Shown here: in pieces, positions 10,949 to 22,248 of the stretch | Numbering within the stretch: position 1 is the stretch's first letter | How the letters are laid out: each line of letters opens with the position of its first letter | Assembly (NCBI RefSeq): GCF_001194135.2 | Contig: NC_068989.1 | Span: forward strand, 50,225,012-50,265,521 | DNA length: 40,510 nt | Reading direction: 5' to 3' | Origin: Octopus bimaculoides | Taxonomy: Eukaryota | Program-made: the position numbers and the translations under genes | Notes under the pieces: model-generated | Seen by the model: only the letters and a program-made list of their open reading frames with translations | Databases searched by the model: none | Told to the model about the DNA's origin: nothing

Positions 10949-11037
10949 TATATATATATATATATATATATATACATACACACACACAGACATATATAAT
11001 ATAAGGTATATATACATATAATGTATACCAATATATA

Positions 11038-11087
<50 letters not shown>
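10949..11087. repeat. Compound (TA)n/(CA)/(CT)n/(TA)n microsatellite
   Basis: Directly visible. Confidence 0.92.
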
Positions 11088-11091
11088 TAAT

Positions 11092-11545
11092 TATCTTTTA
11101 CTTGTTTCAGCCTAGGGCTCGGGTCATGCTAGTGCACCACATATAGTTACTCGGTGTTGTTTCCGGTATTGTTTTTGGTGAAGTAAGGAACCTGTCCAGA
11201 TGTTCCTTGAAGATGTTCCTTGAAAACATCCACACCAACACCATGTAGATCTCTAATGTTGTCCGGCAGGATGTTGAACAATTGCAGGACCTTGCAACGC
11301 AGACTTATTGCAGTAGTGTGTCCTTATTTTAGATGGGAAAGACGGGATTTTTTATATGATGCAGCGCCGTCCATTTCGAGGATTTGTATACTTGTCAAAT
11401 CCAAAATTGGGAGCTAAACCCTCCAAGATCTTCGTAATATATATCACCGCATATCTGTCTCGTCTTCTATCCCGGGGATAGAGACACAACTCCTTTACCA
11501 CTTCCATTATAACTTTGAAAAAATAACTGCTAAAATCCAACTGCA
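11092..11545 (-). mobile_element. CR1/L2-group LINE 3' fragment (ORF2 C-terminus plus 3' tail)
   Basis: KELCLYPRDRRRDRYAVIYITKILEGLAPN..LQLFNILPDNIRDLHGVGVDVFK..LDRFL matches the CR1-group C-terminal L.LYSLERRR.R...FN.LP..IR..FK..LD pattern. Confidence 0.85.
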
Positions 11546-11691
11546 CTCTTCAAAACTTGCACTAAGAATAAGTACAAGGTAAAATTACTACCTGCTTTTA
11601 TGGCAAGTTGATGCAGTTAGTTTATCCCGTCCCCCTCCGACATTTAACCCTTGCAACTGAAAAGAACGGCATTATTTATGGGATAACCAAA

Positions 11692-11724
<33 letters not shown>

Positions 11725-11728
11725 GTCT

Positions 11729-11759
<31 letters not shown>
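11692..11759. repeat. (CTAT)n then (TA)n microsatellite
   Basis: Directly visible. Confidence 0.9.
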
Positions 11760-11763
<4 letters not shown>

Positions 11764-11915
11764 AAATGTTAACAAATAAATGTTTGCCTTAGAAATGCTG
11801 AAATGTGTACTGAAAGAGACAAATACGATAATGATATGTTTTCAAACGCAGAAAAGCTGATAAAACAGCAGAGACAGGATAGGATTTCCATACAAAGCGA
11901 AAAAATATCTCAGCA

Positions 11916-11987
11916 ATCAGCCATGAGATTGGAACTCATATCCCTTTCATTACCAGTGAAGTGCTTTACCAATTAAGCTAAACTGTC
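11916..11987 (-). tRNA. tRNA-Thr(GGT)-like cloverleaf, probably a pseudogene or a tRNA-derived repeat head
   Basis: 72 nt with canonical spacing. D stem GCTT/AAGC is 4/4; anticodon stem 4/5 with loop CT-GGT-AA; T stem ATGAG/CTCAT 5/5 with loop TTCCAAT; acceptor 6/7 including three G-T pairs. A T6 run lies about 10 nt downstream. Confidence 0.6.
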
Positions 11988-13596
11988 CACTGCTATATTT
12001 AAACCATAACAATGAGTTCGATAATATATACTTTCTTTCAGGCGAGAGCTTCTACGCCCATATCTTAATTTATATACCGAGAATGTTGTTGCCCTACAAA
12101 AGTACCATACCTATTTCTATTGCTGTGCTTGTATATGAAGCACATGAGCAGCACCTGAACATAATTAAATTATGTTGCATTCAGGGAAATAATCATATTT
12201 ATCTATTCAATATGTACTTGGTGATGCATATTTCTGTAAATTTTCTAAGCGAAAAGAGAGCAGATAAGAAATCTGATATATTTCAACGTAATATTTACCC
12301 TGTGTCGTTTTTCGACTTTCATATTCTGGGTATGAAGAGTCAAGTAAAATTCAAGTATTATTTATTTACTTCCCAATGTTGCACCAACTTTTCAATTTAC
12401 CAATTTTGAAATCCTTTAATTGTGTCTTTATCCTTCGTCTCTCACGTGTTTCAGTTTTTGCATAGCCGTGAAGGAATTAATCGAATAAAACCAACCCATT
12501 ACTCATGTTTAATTCTGGTAGTTACTCTAATAGTTTTCTTTGCTTATATANNNNNNNNNNNNNNNNNNNNNNNNNNNNNNNNNNNNNNNNNNNNNNNNNN
12601 NNNNNNNNNNNNNNNNNNNNNNNNNNNNNNNNNNNNNNNNNNNNNNNNNNNNNNNNNNNNNNNNNNNNNNNNNNNNNNNNNNNNNNNNNNNNNNNNNNNN
12701 NNNNNNNNNNNNNNNNNNNNNNNNNNNNNNNNNNNNNNNNNNNNNNNNNNNNNNNNNNNNNNNNNNNNNNNNNNNNNNNNNNNNNNNNNNNNNNNNNNNN
12801 NNNNNNNNNNNNNNNNNNNNNNNNNNNNNNNNNNNNNNNNNNNNNNNNNNNNNNNNNNNNNNNNNNNNNNNNNNNNNNNNNNNNNNNNNNNNNNNNNNNN
12901 NNNNNNNNNNNNNNNNNNNNNNNNNNNNNNNNNNNNNNNNNNNNNNNNNNNNNNNNNNNNNNNNNNNNNNNNNNNNNNNNNNNNNNNNNNNNNNNNNNNN
13001 NNNNNNNNNNNNNNNNNNNNNNNNNNNNNNNNNNNNNNNNNNNNNNNNNNNNNNNNNNNNNNNNNNNNNNNNNNNNNNNNNNNNNNNNNNNNNNNNNNNN
13101 NNNNNNNNNNNNNNNNNNNNNNNNNNNNNNNNNNNNNNNNNNNNNNNNNNNNNNNNNNNNNNNNNNNNNNNNNNNNNNNNNNNNNNNNNNNNNNNNNNNN
13201 NNNNNNNNNNNNNNNNNNNNNNNNNNNNNNNNNNNNNNNNNNNNNNNNNNNNNNNNNNNNNNNNNNNNNNNNNNNNNNNNNNNNNNNNNNNNNNNNNNNN
13301 NNNNNNNNNNNNNNNNNNNNNNNNNNNNNNNNNNNNNNNNNNNNNNNNNNNNNNNNNNNNNNNNNNNNNNNNNNNNNNNNNNNNNNNNNNNNNNNNNNNN
13401 NNNNNNNNNNNNNNNNNNNNNNNNNNNNNNNNNNNNNNNNNNNNNNNNNNNNNNNNNNNNNNNNNNNNNNNNNNNNNNNNNNNNNNNNNNNNNNNNNNNN
13501 NNNNNNNNNNNNNNNNNNNNNNNNNNNNNNNNNNNNNNNNNNNNNNNNNNCCATTTATGATTTTTTTTTCTAGTAAGCTGATTTCAATTTAGTTTA

Positions 13597-14430
13597 CGAG
13601 GGTTAGTCAGGTGAACACGAAGAATGCGACAATTTTTTATCCGGAACAGGTGATTGCTTCCCTTATTCTGAGGCTCCAGTGCGACCTGGGTTTGTCGTGA
13701 AGAAATTTATTCAACTTCAAATGTGGTCTAACTCCGCGCATTCTTAATCTAAATCTTTTGAGGGTCTCAATGTTTACTTGAAACCGACACGAATATCTGT
13801 TTGAACATCGCAAAAGACAATCACCGTTATTGTTCCAGTTGACTTTTCTGCTTTGAAAATTTTGTCTTTGCGACATCCGATGACATCATTTCATTGAATG
13901 CCTTTTTGTTTCTGGTTTATAGAGATGCCTCCTAATTTCATCACCATTCATGAGTCTTTGAAAGAAAGCTTTGTCTCTTTCACAGAGTTGAAGGTGCGCA
14001 GTGCAAGAGTTAACACTTTCAGTTCTATGGTCACCCGTAAGTTGTTTTGGTACCAAGTGGGTACATACTTCTGAATATCCAAGTGACACAATAATGGCAT
14101 GAGCACTACACTGGTGAGCTCCAAGCTCTGATATCAGCTCATCAATTGTTATGCGTTTTTTTTCTTGTAGGCAGATTTGACACGAATTGATGGGTGCCCA
14201 CTACGTGACATGTCCTCTAAGCATGGATATTTCGGTTATTTCGGTCTATTGAATTCCCATACAGACAGTGAGCTCATCTCTACACATTGCTGAATTTCCA
14301 TTCAGACAATGAGCTCGTCTCTACACATTATGTTTGTGAACTGTTTTCAGAATTTCGCGAATATTTACAGGAGGTTTGCCTTCGGCAACAAAGAACTCAT
14401 TTATTATTCTTTGTTTCTGTTCGACCTCTC
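13597..14430 (-). mobile_element. Decayed mariner (DD34D-type) transposase, N-terminus to third catalytic motif
   Basis: Minus strand: KQRIIINEFFVAEGKPPVNIRE..RITIDEL..SLGYSEVCTHLVPKQLT..NGDEI..YKPETKRHSMK..LHDKPRSH..CSPD*PS. These match the KQR.VIEFL, WVPR.LT, TGDETW, HDNARPH and YSPDLAPSD motifs, with many lesions. Confidence 0.9.
14251..14332. repeat. 41-bp tandem duplication inside the mariner remnant
   Basis: gaattcccatacagacagtgagctcatctctacacattgct followed by gaatttccattcagacaatgagctcgtctctacacattatg. Confidence 0.85.
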
Positions 14431-15117
14431 GCAGGGCAACCATTTTATCTGCTCATTTATTCATATATCTGAAAACAAAGGAATCAAAACAAGATAATTA
14501 AAGATCAAGAATATTCGTCCCGTAACCTCTGTGCCAAATATCGAATAGTTTCAGTGTGAAGTGAGTTTCTTATGATAAAAATGTAATACTTTTGACTCAC
14601 CTTCATACATCTTAAATTCTTTTCTTCTAAAATGTCGGTTGCGGATCGTTTTACTAAATCTATCACGTAATATTGTGAAATATATTTATAGCTGCATTTA
14701 TTGATTCTTCATGGCATAGTCGGCCTCATTTGGGGAGATATTTGGATAGATATTTGTATTTATAGCTCCAAGCAAAGATTAAAGATTTTTCTACTTGATT
14801 CCCTGTGTTTTGTTGTTCTATGCTCAACGTAGAGAGATTCGAATACTAACTAACAGTCTGAAAATCGGAAACGAGAAACTCATGCAGGGTAATGTTTAGA
14901 CAAATATTCCACATCAGTGAAATGAGTAGTTTAATTTTGTTGTTCATTTATTGATTGATATGTTGCTTAATTGCTTGGTGGTGACTGATGTCTTATCGAC
15001 AAATATCTTCAGAACCTTTTAAATCTATTTCAGATATTAGCCATTCCTTGTGGTGTTTTCTTGCATCTTTATATATTTTATTTATTTGTGTGTTGCTACA
15101 TTCATTTCAATCTGTGC

Positions 15118-15195
15118 TTGTGTGTGTATGTATGCATGTATGTATGTATGTATGTATGTATGTATGTATGTATGCATGTGTATGTGTGTGTGTTA
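15118..15195. repeat. (TATG)n microsatellite
   Basis: Directly visible. Confidence 0.92.
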
Positions 15196-16519
15196 TTGTG
15201 TATGACATTGTATGTGTTTGTAATTTTAATTGGCGTGAAGAACTTTAAATACATATAAGTACCTGTCACAAGATAGATGGAAACTCTTAGGCAAGAAATC
15301 GTTGATAAAGCCATCGGTATGACAAGCCAAGAAATTAATTAAATAGCAACAAAAAAGGGTACTCCTCAATACGGTTGGGTGTGAGGAATAATAAGACTTC
15401 AAATTGTGTCTGCATGTGTCACCCGTCTCTGATATTCTGACGATTGCAATTCATTTGAGTCTCAAAGCGTGTGTACAATGTGCGTTTATGTGTGTGAAAT
15501 TGTGTTTTAGATGCATTTAGTAACACACATTGCATGTGATATTTGTTCCATTCCCACATTCATATTTATAAACAATTTATTGTGTTTTAGCTGATATGGC
15601 TGAAGTTGTTTCTTCAGCAGACAAATAGGTGGAGTGCAGGGTGCGGAGATTACTTTCGCTTTCATTTCTGTATCTTATTGTGGTCAGTTGTTAATATGTA
15701 TCCAGTGTATTAAACGCACATGCAGATATATACACACCGGCGCACATATACATTACAGCCCTACATTCAACATCCGTGTATAGAATCAGGGAAATGGACA
15801 GATTTATACAGGCATGTTTATGCACTGCACATATACATACATACAAACATACATATATGTATATATATATATATAGTGTACATATACGTATAGACATACA
15901 CATACAGGCTGACACACATACAGCCACAGACATACACGCACACACGTACACGCATATGTGCAAGAATATGTGCGTGTACAACCAACATCGGTTTATAGAG
16001 AATTTTACTTGTGCAAAAAATGCAAAAAACGAAAGATCGAATTAAAAATGAACATTCTCTGTTTGACAATGACAAAATAAAATGTAACAAAATTTCAACG
16101 AAAACACAAGAAACGAACGGCTATAAAAATCCTCCCCAAAACTGCTCGGAGTTCAAAACTATGCAACGCTTCACAGATGTTTATTTGTTGTTTTTCTGCC
16201 ATTATAGAGGAAAGCATAAAAGATACCATCTGTCAAACATTTTTTCGGAAATTTATTTGGAAGCGATGTATCATTTCTCTTTGAAGTCATTTTTTCTCCC
16301 GCAAAGCAATCAAACTTCCAGCCACTTCCGTCTTCCACCAACGTTTACCTTCTAAAGCCAGCCTCAGTATTAGTCTTATCCTCTCTGATAAAATAATGTT
16401 GTTATTGTTGCTGTTGTTGCTTTTTTTTCTTTATTTCATTTTGCTCTTGTATTTATTGTTGTTGTGTGTACAGGAAAGAACTTATAGATATTAATGTAGA
16501 GAGGTGGAGATACCTTCAT

Positions 16520-16579
16520 ACGTACATAAATATATGTGTGTGCATGTGTGTGTGTTGTATGTGCTTGTGTATGCGTTTG

Positions 16580-16638
<59 letters not shown>

Positions 16639-16758
16639 ATATATTCACATATATATGCCTATAGTTATGTACATGTGTATATATGTATGTATATATACTC
16701 AAACTTACACATATACTTTTAGGTGCGTCTTGGTATCTATTATGTATATATACATACA

Positions 16759-16790
<32 letters not shown>

Positions 16791-16985
16791 NNNNNNNNNN
16801 CTTGCACATACATACGCCATATGGTTGGATGAATGCGTATCTATATATGTGTGTGTGCTTGTTTGGTGTGCGTGTGTATGTGTGTTTGCCTATGTGCGTT
16901 TCTGTGCCTATGTGTTTGCGGGTATGTGTGCGTTTGTATGCGTGTGTATCTGTGTGTGTGCGTTTGTGTGTGTGTGTGACATATA
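16520..16985. repeat. Large compound (TA)n/(TG)n microsatellite block
   Basis: Directly visible. Confidence 0.92.
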
Positions 16986-17601
16986 CATTTCCGTCATGTT
17001 TGCTTTATGGATGAAAGATTTATTTACTTTTGAAGATAGAAGACTTTTATGTTAAAAAATTGTAATAAATAGAAAAGAAATCTCGCAAAAATAAACCTTT
17101 TGTGGTTTAAAGTTATAAAGGTCAAAGGTTATGTTGAAAGCGTTGACTTATCATGGAGAACGCTATAAATGTATTGTGTTCTTCTTGTTTTGTTCAGTTT
17201 TATTGTTAACTTTTGTGCGTTGTCATATAAAATAATAATATATAAAAAAAAAGCTGATTAAATTAGAACAACTGAAATCTGCGTGTATTTTCGGTAAAAT
17301 CCGTGACAAACTTTTCAGAAATATTTTTTTTTTCCCATAGATTTTAGTTGTTGCGGTTTCGACGCTCATTTATATCTTCTGAGTGACTGCTTTCCAATTC
17401 TTTTAACATATACGTGTATCCCATCAATCAGGCATACATAAATCCATAAATATACATCATATATATNNNNNNNNNNNNNNNNNNNNNNNNNNNNNNNNNN
17501 NNNNNNNNNNNNNNNNNNNNNNNNNNNNNNNNNNNNNNNNNNNNNNNNNNNNNNNNNNNNNNNNNNNNNNNNNNNNNNNNNNNNNNNNNNNNNNNNNNNN
17601 N

Positions 17602-17635
<34 letters not shown>

Positions 17636-20600
17636 ACTGTGTATGAATATATATATACACACACACACACTTCACACTTCACACACACCTATATATATAT
17701 ATCAGGCAAATATTCTATGCACATGGCAGCATCTATTAGAGGAAGCACGGCAAATTTAATGTAGTGAAACCAGTTCATAAAACCTTTGCTGTGAAACTCG
17801 CACACATCTAAACATTTTTTTTTATTGTGAGAACATTTTTATAAACCAACATTGAAATGTCACATTATATTTTATTGTTTTTACACAGAAAAATGAAGAG
17901 GATTATCTTCACTTGTTTCACAGCCGGTTGTCTACTACTTATCAGAAGACAAGTATTCTACGAAGGGAAATTACAACAATCGCTATTTAAGTGAAACACT
18001 AACCTGATCTTATTTGCGATGGCTAAACTAAGCCGCACACCACACATTCTTCGCCAGCATGACTAAATTAAAAAGCAAATATTTTATGCACAACAGCGCG
18101 CTTATTGGAAAGCCTAAAGTTAATTTTCTACTCAGGAGTACAAAAGTAAGTTTGTGTCTAAAAACAACTATTTATTACGGAGTGAAGGTAGGGTATCTCA
18201 GTATATATAATTTCGAATATTTATGTCTCCTTTACACCAGATCATCGTATGCCCTTATGCCTCACTTTTCGCAATGTTTTTATATTTTCCCTTTGATTTC
18301 AATCTTGTTTACAATTTGTCCCCGAACTGTTTAAGTATCTCTTTATCTCATTGTCTTTTATAACTACTGAGTGGTCTCTTTCTATCTCTTAGATACCACC
18401 CAACAACAGCTTGTGTCCGCTTATTGTCAATAAACCTTACAACATGGTGGAGCAGATCACATCATGATAATATCAATTAGTCCACACAGTTCTCGATTTA
18501 CTTCGTTTCAGTTCAGAGCATATCGTGCATTTAAACGAAATTTTTTCGTTGTGCTTTAAGTTTCATATCGTAGCCGATCGTTATTATTTGCTATTTTCAT
18601 TTCCCTAACATCATCGGTGTTGCACTTCCGCTTTGATTTTTCACCCTTCTTTTTTATCCGTTGGCACCTGATGTTCTTTTGTCATGTTGATCTGATTAAG
18701 GTATAGCCTGCACCTATTAGTTTATTGACATTTTCCTGTTTTCATGCTTTTTATATTTTTAATCTTCTCAGTGACACATATTCCAATTAGTATCTGAGCA
18801 TAAGAAATTAAAAATTCTGAATGGCAATCTGCATAAGTAGAAGCAATAGCTGGCACCAGTGTTATAAATTTTAACATATAAATATATATGTATATCAGTA
18901 TCACACTGATGAGGAATATCCCTTAAAAACTTCACAAGTGTTCCTGTACAAGCGGCAACAACGCTGTTAGGTATATACCAACAAAAGGAAACGGGAAGTT
19001 GTAAGAAAGCCCTTTGGGGAAAAAACGACAAATTTAATAAACTAATTATCGTGCGCCTCTACATGATTGCTAGAACAGCTAAATCTCTTTGAAATCGTAA
19101 CGGTAATGAAGATGAAATTAGACAACGTCATACTGGGTACACACTGACTAAAAGTGGGACAAGATGTAATAGGGTGAGAACATCGTTAATCATAAATCTG
19201 CTACATTTGGGTTAACCTGAAGCAAAGTATGAAGAATGGCAGATATAAGAAATATAGCAAGACCACCGCAAATATAATAATGAATACAAGCATATAAATG
19301 TGTCAGTTTAAGAAGATACTTAAAAATTTCCGACTTACGAAAACTGTGATATCTAGAGTAGATATTGTTACAGGATATTTGCACAACTACAACAGCTTCT
19401 AGTGATTAATATATTTATATATAATTTACATAAACCTTATATAGCCAAACGGATATGACTAAGTATTATTGTCCTAGCTCCTCCAAGAATATCATGTATA
19501 TGATGTACATCTAATATGACAGTCAATTTTCTTGCAAATGTACTTTAGCACAGTACCTAAACATGGTGGTTAGGAAAAAAAAATATGGCGTATATGAAAT
19601 GCTTATTTCTTCGAAAAATAAAATAGGATCCATAAAAATAATACGATAAAACGACAGGAAATTTGACCACCAGAGAACATCTGATAGCGTGGTATACAAT
19701 TATTTTGTCGAATTATTGTAGTCCGTAATAATTGAATGTCTAGGAAAAAAATAGTATATCAAGTTACTCACACAAAATTAATGAAATCTTTATACAGGAT
19801 CACAAATATATCCTATGAATGATATGAAAAAACTTCTATGTAATCACTCAACTGGCAAGAAATAGCTGTCGAATCTCCATACAGTTTTAAAAGCAGACAT
19901 AAATAATATAAACTGGTGTATTTTATGTCCAAAATAAAGACGAGATATTCAAGACAGGAATGTATATTAGCATAATCTGCTTCATCAGAGCCAGTTAGGT
20001 CTTGGGCAACTGCAGCAAAATAGTATCCAATAAAGCAGATGTTGCTTCACTAACACCTTTAGCAATTTTACAGAACTGAATAATCTAAACGTATGAAATA
20101 GGTCACACATTTTTCAATTGCTTGAATGAATTGCTATGCTATACGTATTAAACATCTCGGAAAGTATCCGATCGTACTTCAGAGTGTTCGGCCGCTGTAA
20201 GAAGGGGACAGTATGAACAAGTTCATGTAATGCAGATTTAGACGGAAAACAATGTTTTGTCAATTTAAACTTGAAATACAAATACAAATATTTAGCGCAA
20301 GATGTTAAAATTCAGAATGATGACCCAGTTCACAAGACATGAATACATGAAGCAACTTAAGAAAGATATGATCAGTTTCTGTTATTAGTATAAAACAGGT
20401 ATTTACTTATCATACCTATATATTACCTTGTGAAACATTAATTTGAATTCTTGAAGTTGACATTACACGAACTCTCTAGAATAAAAGTGAAAACTAGAAA
20501 TTTACATTTTGTTATACGGTATTTTAATACAAAGAGTTAATGTACTTTGTTTGGAGGCTACTACCGATTATAATTATATGTTGGTAGCATACGAACCACA

Positions 20601-21598
20601 CATTGTCACGGGAAATTCAAATATGTTAACATGGAAAGAAGTTATACATTTTTCTGCCCGATTAATTTAGTAATTGCTGAATAGAGAATATCATTATTAA
20701 AAAAAAATTCCATGATAGTGTGTGTACTTGTGGAACATTTGGAGTGATTAAATATTCCCATAATGTGAGTAATGAATAACAATGTTCAATGATAGCGGTA
20801 GGTTTATGTACTTAAGAAATAAAACTGCCAGTTTTAATGCAATAAACTGAACCGAGAGAAAGCTTGTCCGGAGAATCCCTGACAGACATGTCTTATCATA
20901 TGTGAACTCCATACGATACTATATAAATTCACTAATATACAAGAGAATTAGTGGAGTTCTATCAAAATAAAAATGAACTACATTATACTTAATATATAGC
21001 AAACTGAAAAAAGATATTTCCGAGACACAAGATGAATATGAGTCATAATTTCGTTGCCATATTACTTTGGAATTGTATCAAGAAATAAAAGATCATAATC
21101 CTCAGCCTAATCCAATAAGTTGATAATATTTGTAGAATTTAATGATTACAAACTGTAAATAAACTAAAACACAATATGCGCAACAGTGTTATCTGTGATG
21201 ACAGGATAACGAGTTATTGCGTTGTGTAAATCACCACCTGCTTGATATCAATGTTTTCGGGAAAATCTATAATTTAATAACGAAGAAAAGCCTCTAATAT
21301 TTGTTCAGGCTGACAAAAACAGCAGCAAAATGCTACTCAGATCACACTTTACCATTTAGAAAAAAACATACTGTACTTCGTGATTCACAATATTATTGAA
21401 AAGAACGGGGTAGGCATAACTGGAATATTTTTGATTATGAGTTTGGCATATCAGGTCTGATCTGGGGTTAAAAAAACAACTGCTCTCACTAAGTCAGCAG
21501 CTTTTCAAACTGATGTAGAGATTTCATTGTAGATCGATAAATTAGTTAGAACTTGTAATAAAAAACCAAAATAATTTCCAACAAAACTTGATTGATGT

Positions 21599-22248
21599 TT
21601 GAAACTGAAGAAACACCACAGGGCATGATTAATGCTTGAAAGAAAGAAAGAAACAACATAATGTATGAATAATGTATTAAAGAGAAAAATTATTATAGGG
21701 CGAGATTAATGTTCGAAAGTGAAGAAACATCATCGTGTATCAGATATTTTTTGAAAGACAAAAACACCACAAGGCATGAATAACGTTTGACATTGAAGAA
21801 ACACTGCAATGAATTTTTTATCTTTATACTTTACTTGTTTCAGTCAGTAGACTGCGGCTATGCTGGAGCACCGTCTTGAAGAATTTTTATTCTAATGGAT
21901 CTATCACAAAACTTATTTTTTGCTAAGTCTGGTACTTAGTCTCTCGTTCTTGTTTGCCCAACCGCTAAGTTACGGGGACATAAACACATCAACGCCGGTT
22001 GTGGGGGGACAAACAGAGAGACAAAACACACGCGCGCGCACACACATATTATACAACGTGCTTCTTTCAGTTTTCGTCTACCAAATCCACTCATGAAGCT
22101 TTGATTGGCGCGAGGTTATAGTACAAGGCACGTGCTCAAGGTGCCACACAGTGGACTTGAACCCGAAACGTGGTTGGCAAGCAATCTTCTTATAGAATAC
22201 CATAAGTCATGACTAATGCTTGAAAGTGAAGAAACACCATAAAGGGCC
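21599..22248 (+). repeat. Diverged ~37-bp minisatellite (ttgaaagtgaagaaacaccacaaggcatgattaatgc), about 8 units, interrupted by a SINE
   Basis: Units start at 21599, 21636, 21677, 21713, 21750 and 21787. The array resumes at about 22192 and 22220. Confidence 0.8.
21821..22190 (-). mobile_element. SINE type A lacking the first ~20 nt
   Basis: Colinear with 3453-3830 in the same orientation. Confidence 0.9.

Noticed and set aside
13595-13625. tacgagggttagtca looked like a mariner TIR with a TA target site
   Set aside because: On the minus strand it is the degenerate YSPDLAPSD coding motif (tgt tca cct gac taa ccc tcg), and no matching opposite end was found.
17340-17400. Strong acceptor followed by FSCCGF (tetraspanin-like CCG) or ILVVAVSTLIYIF*
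   Set aside because: There is no other tetraspanin feature, the donor is poor, and a 3-residue motif is expected by chance.
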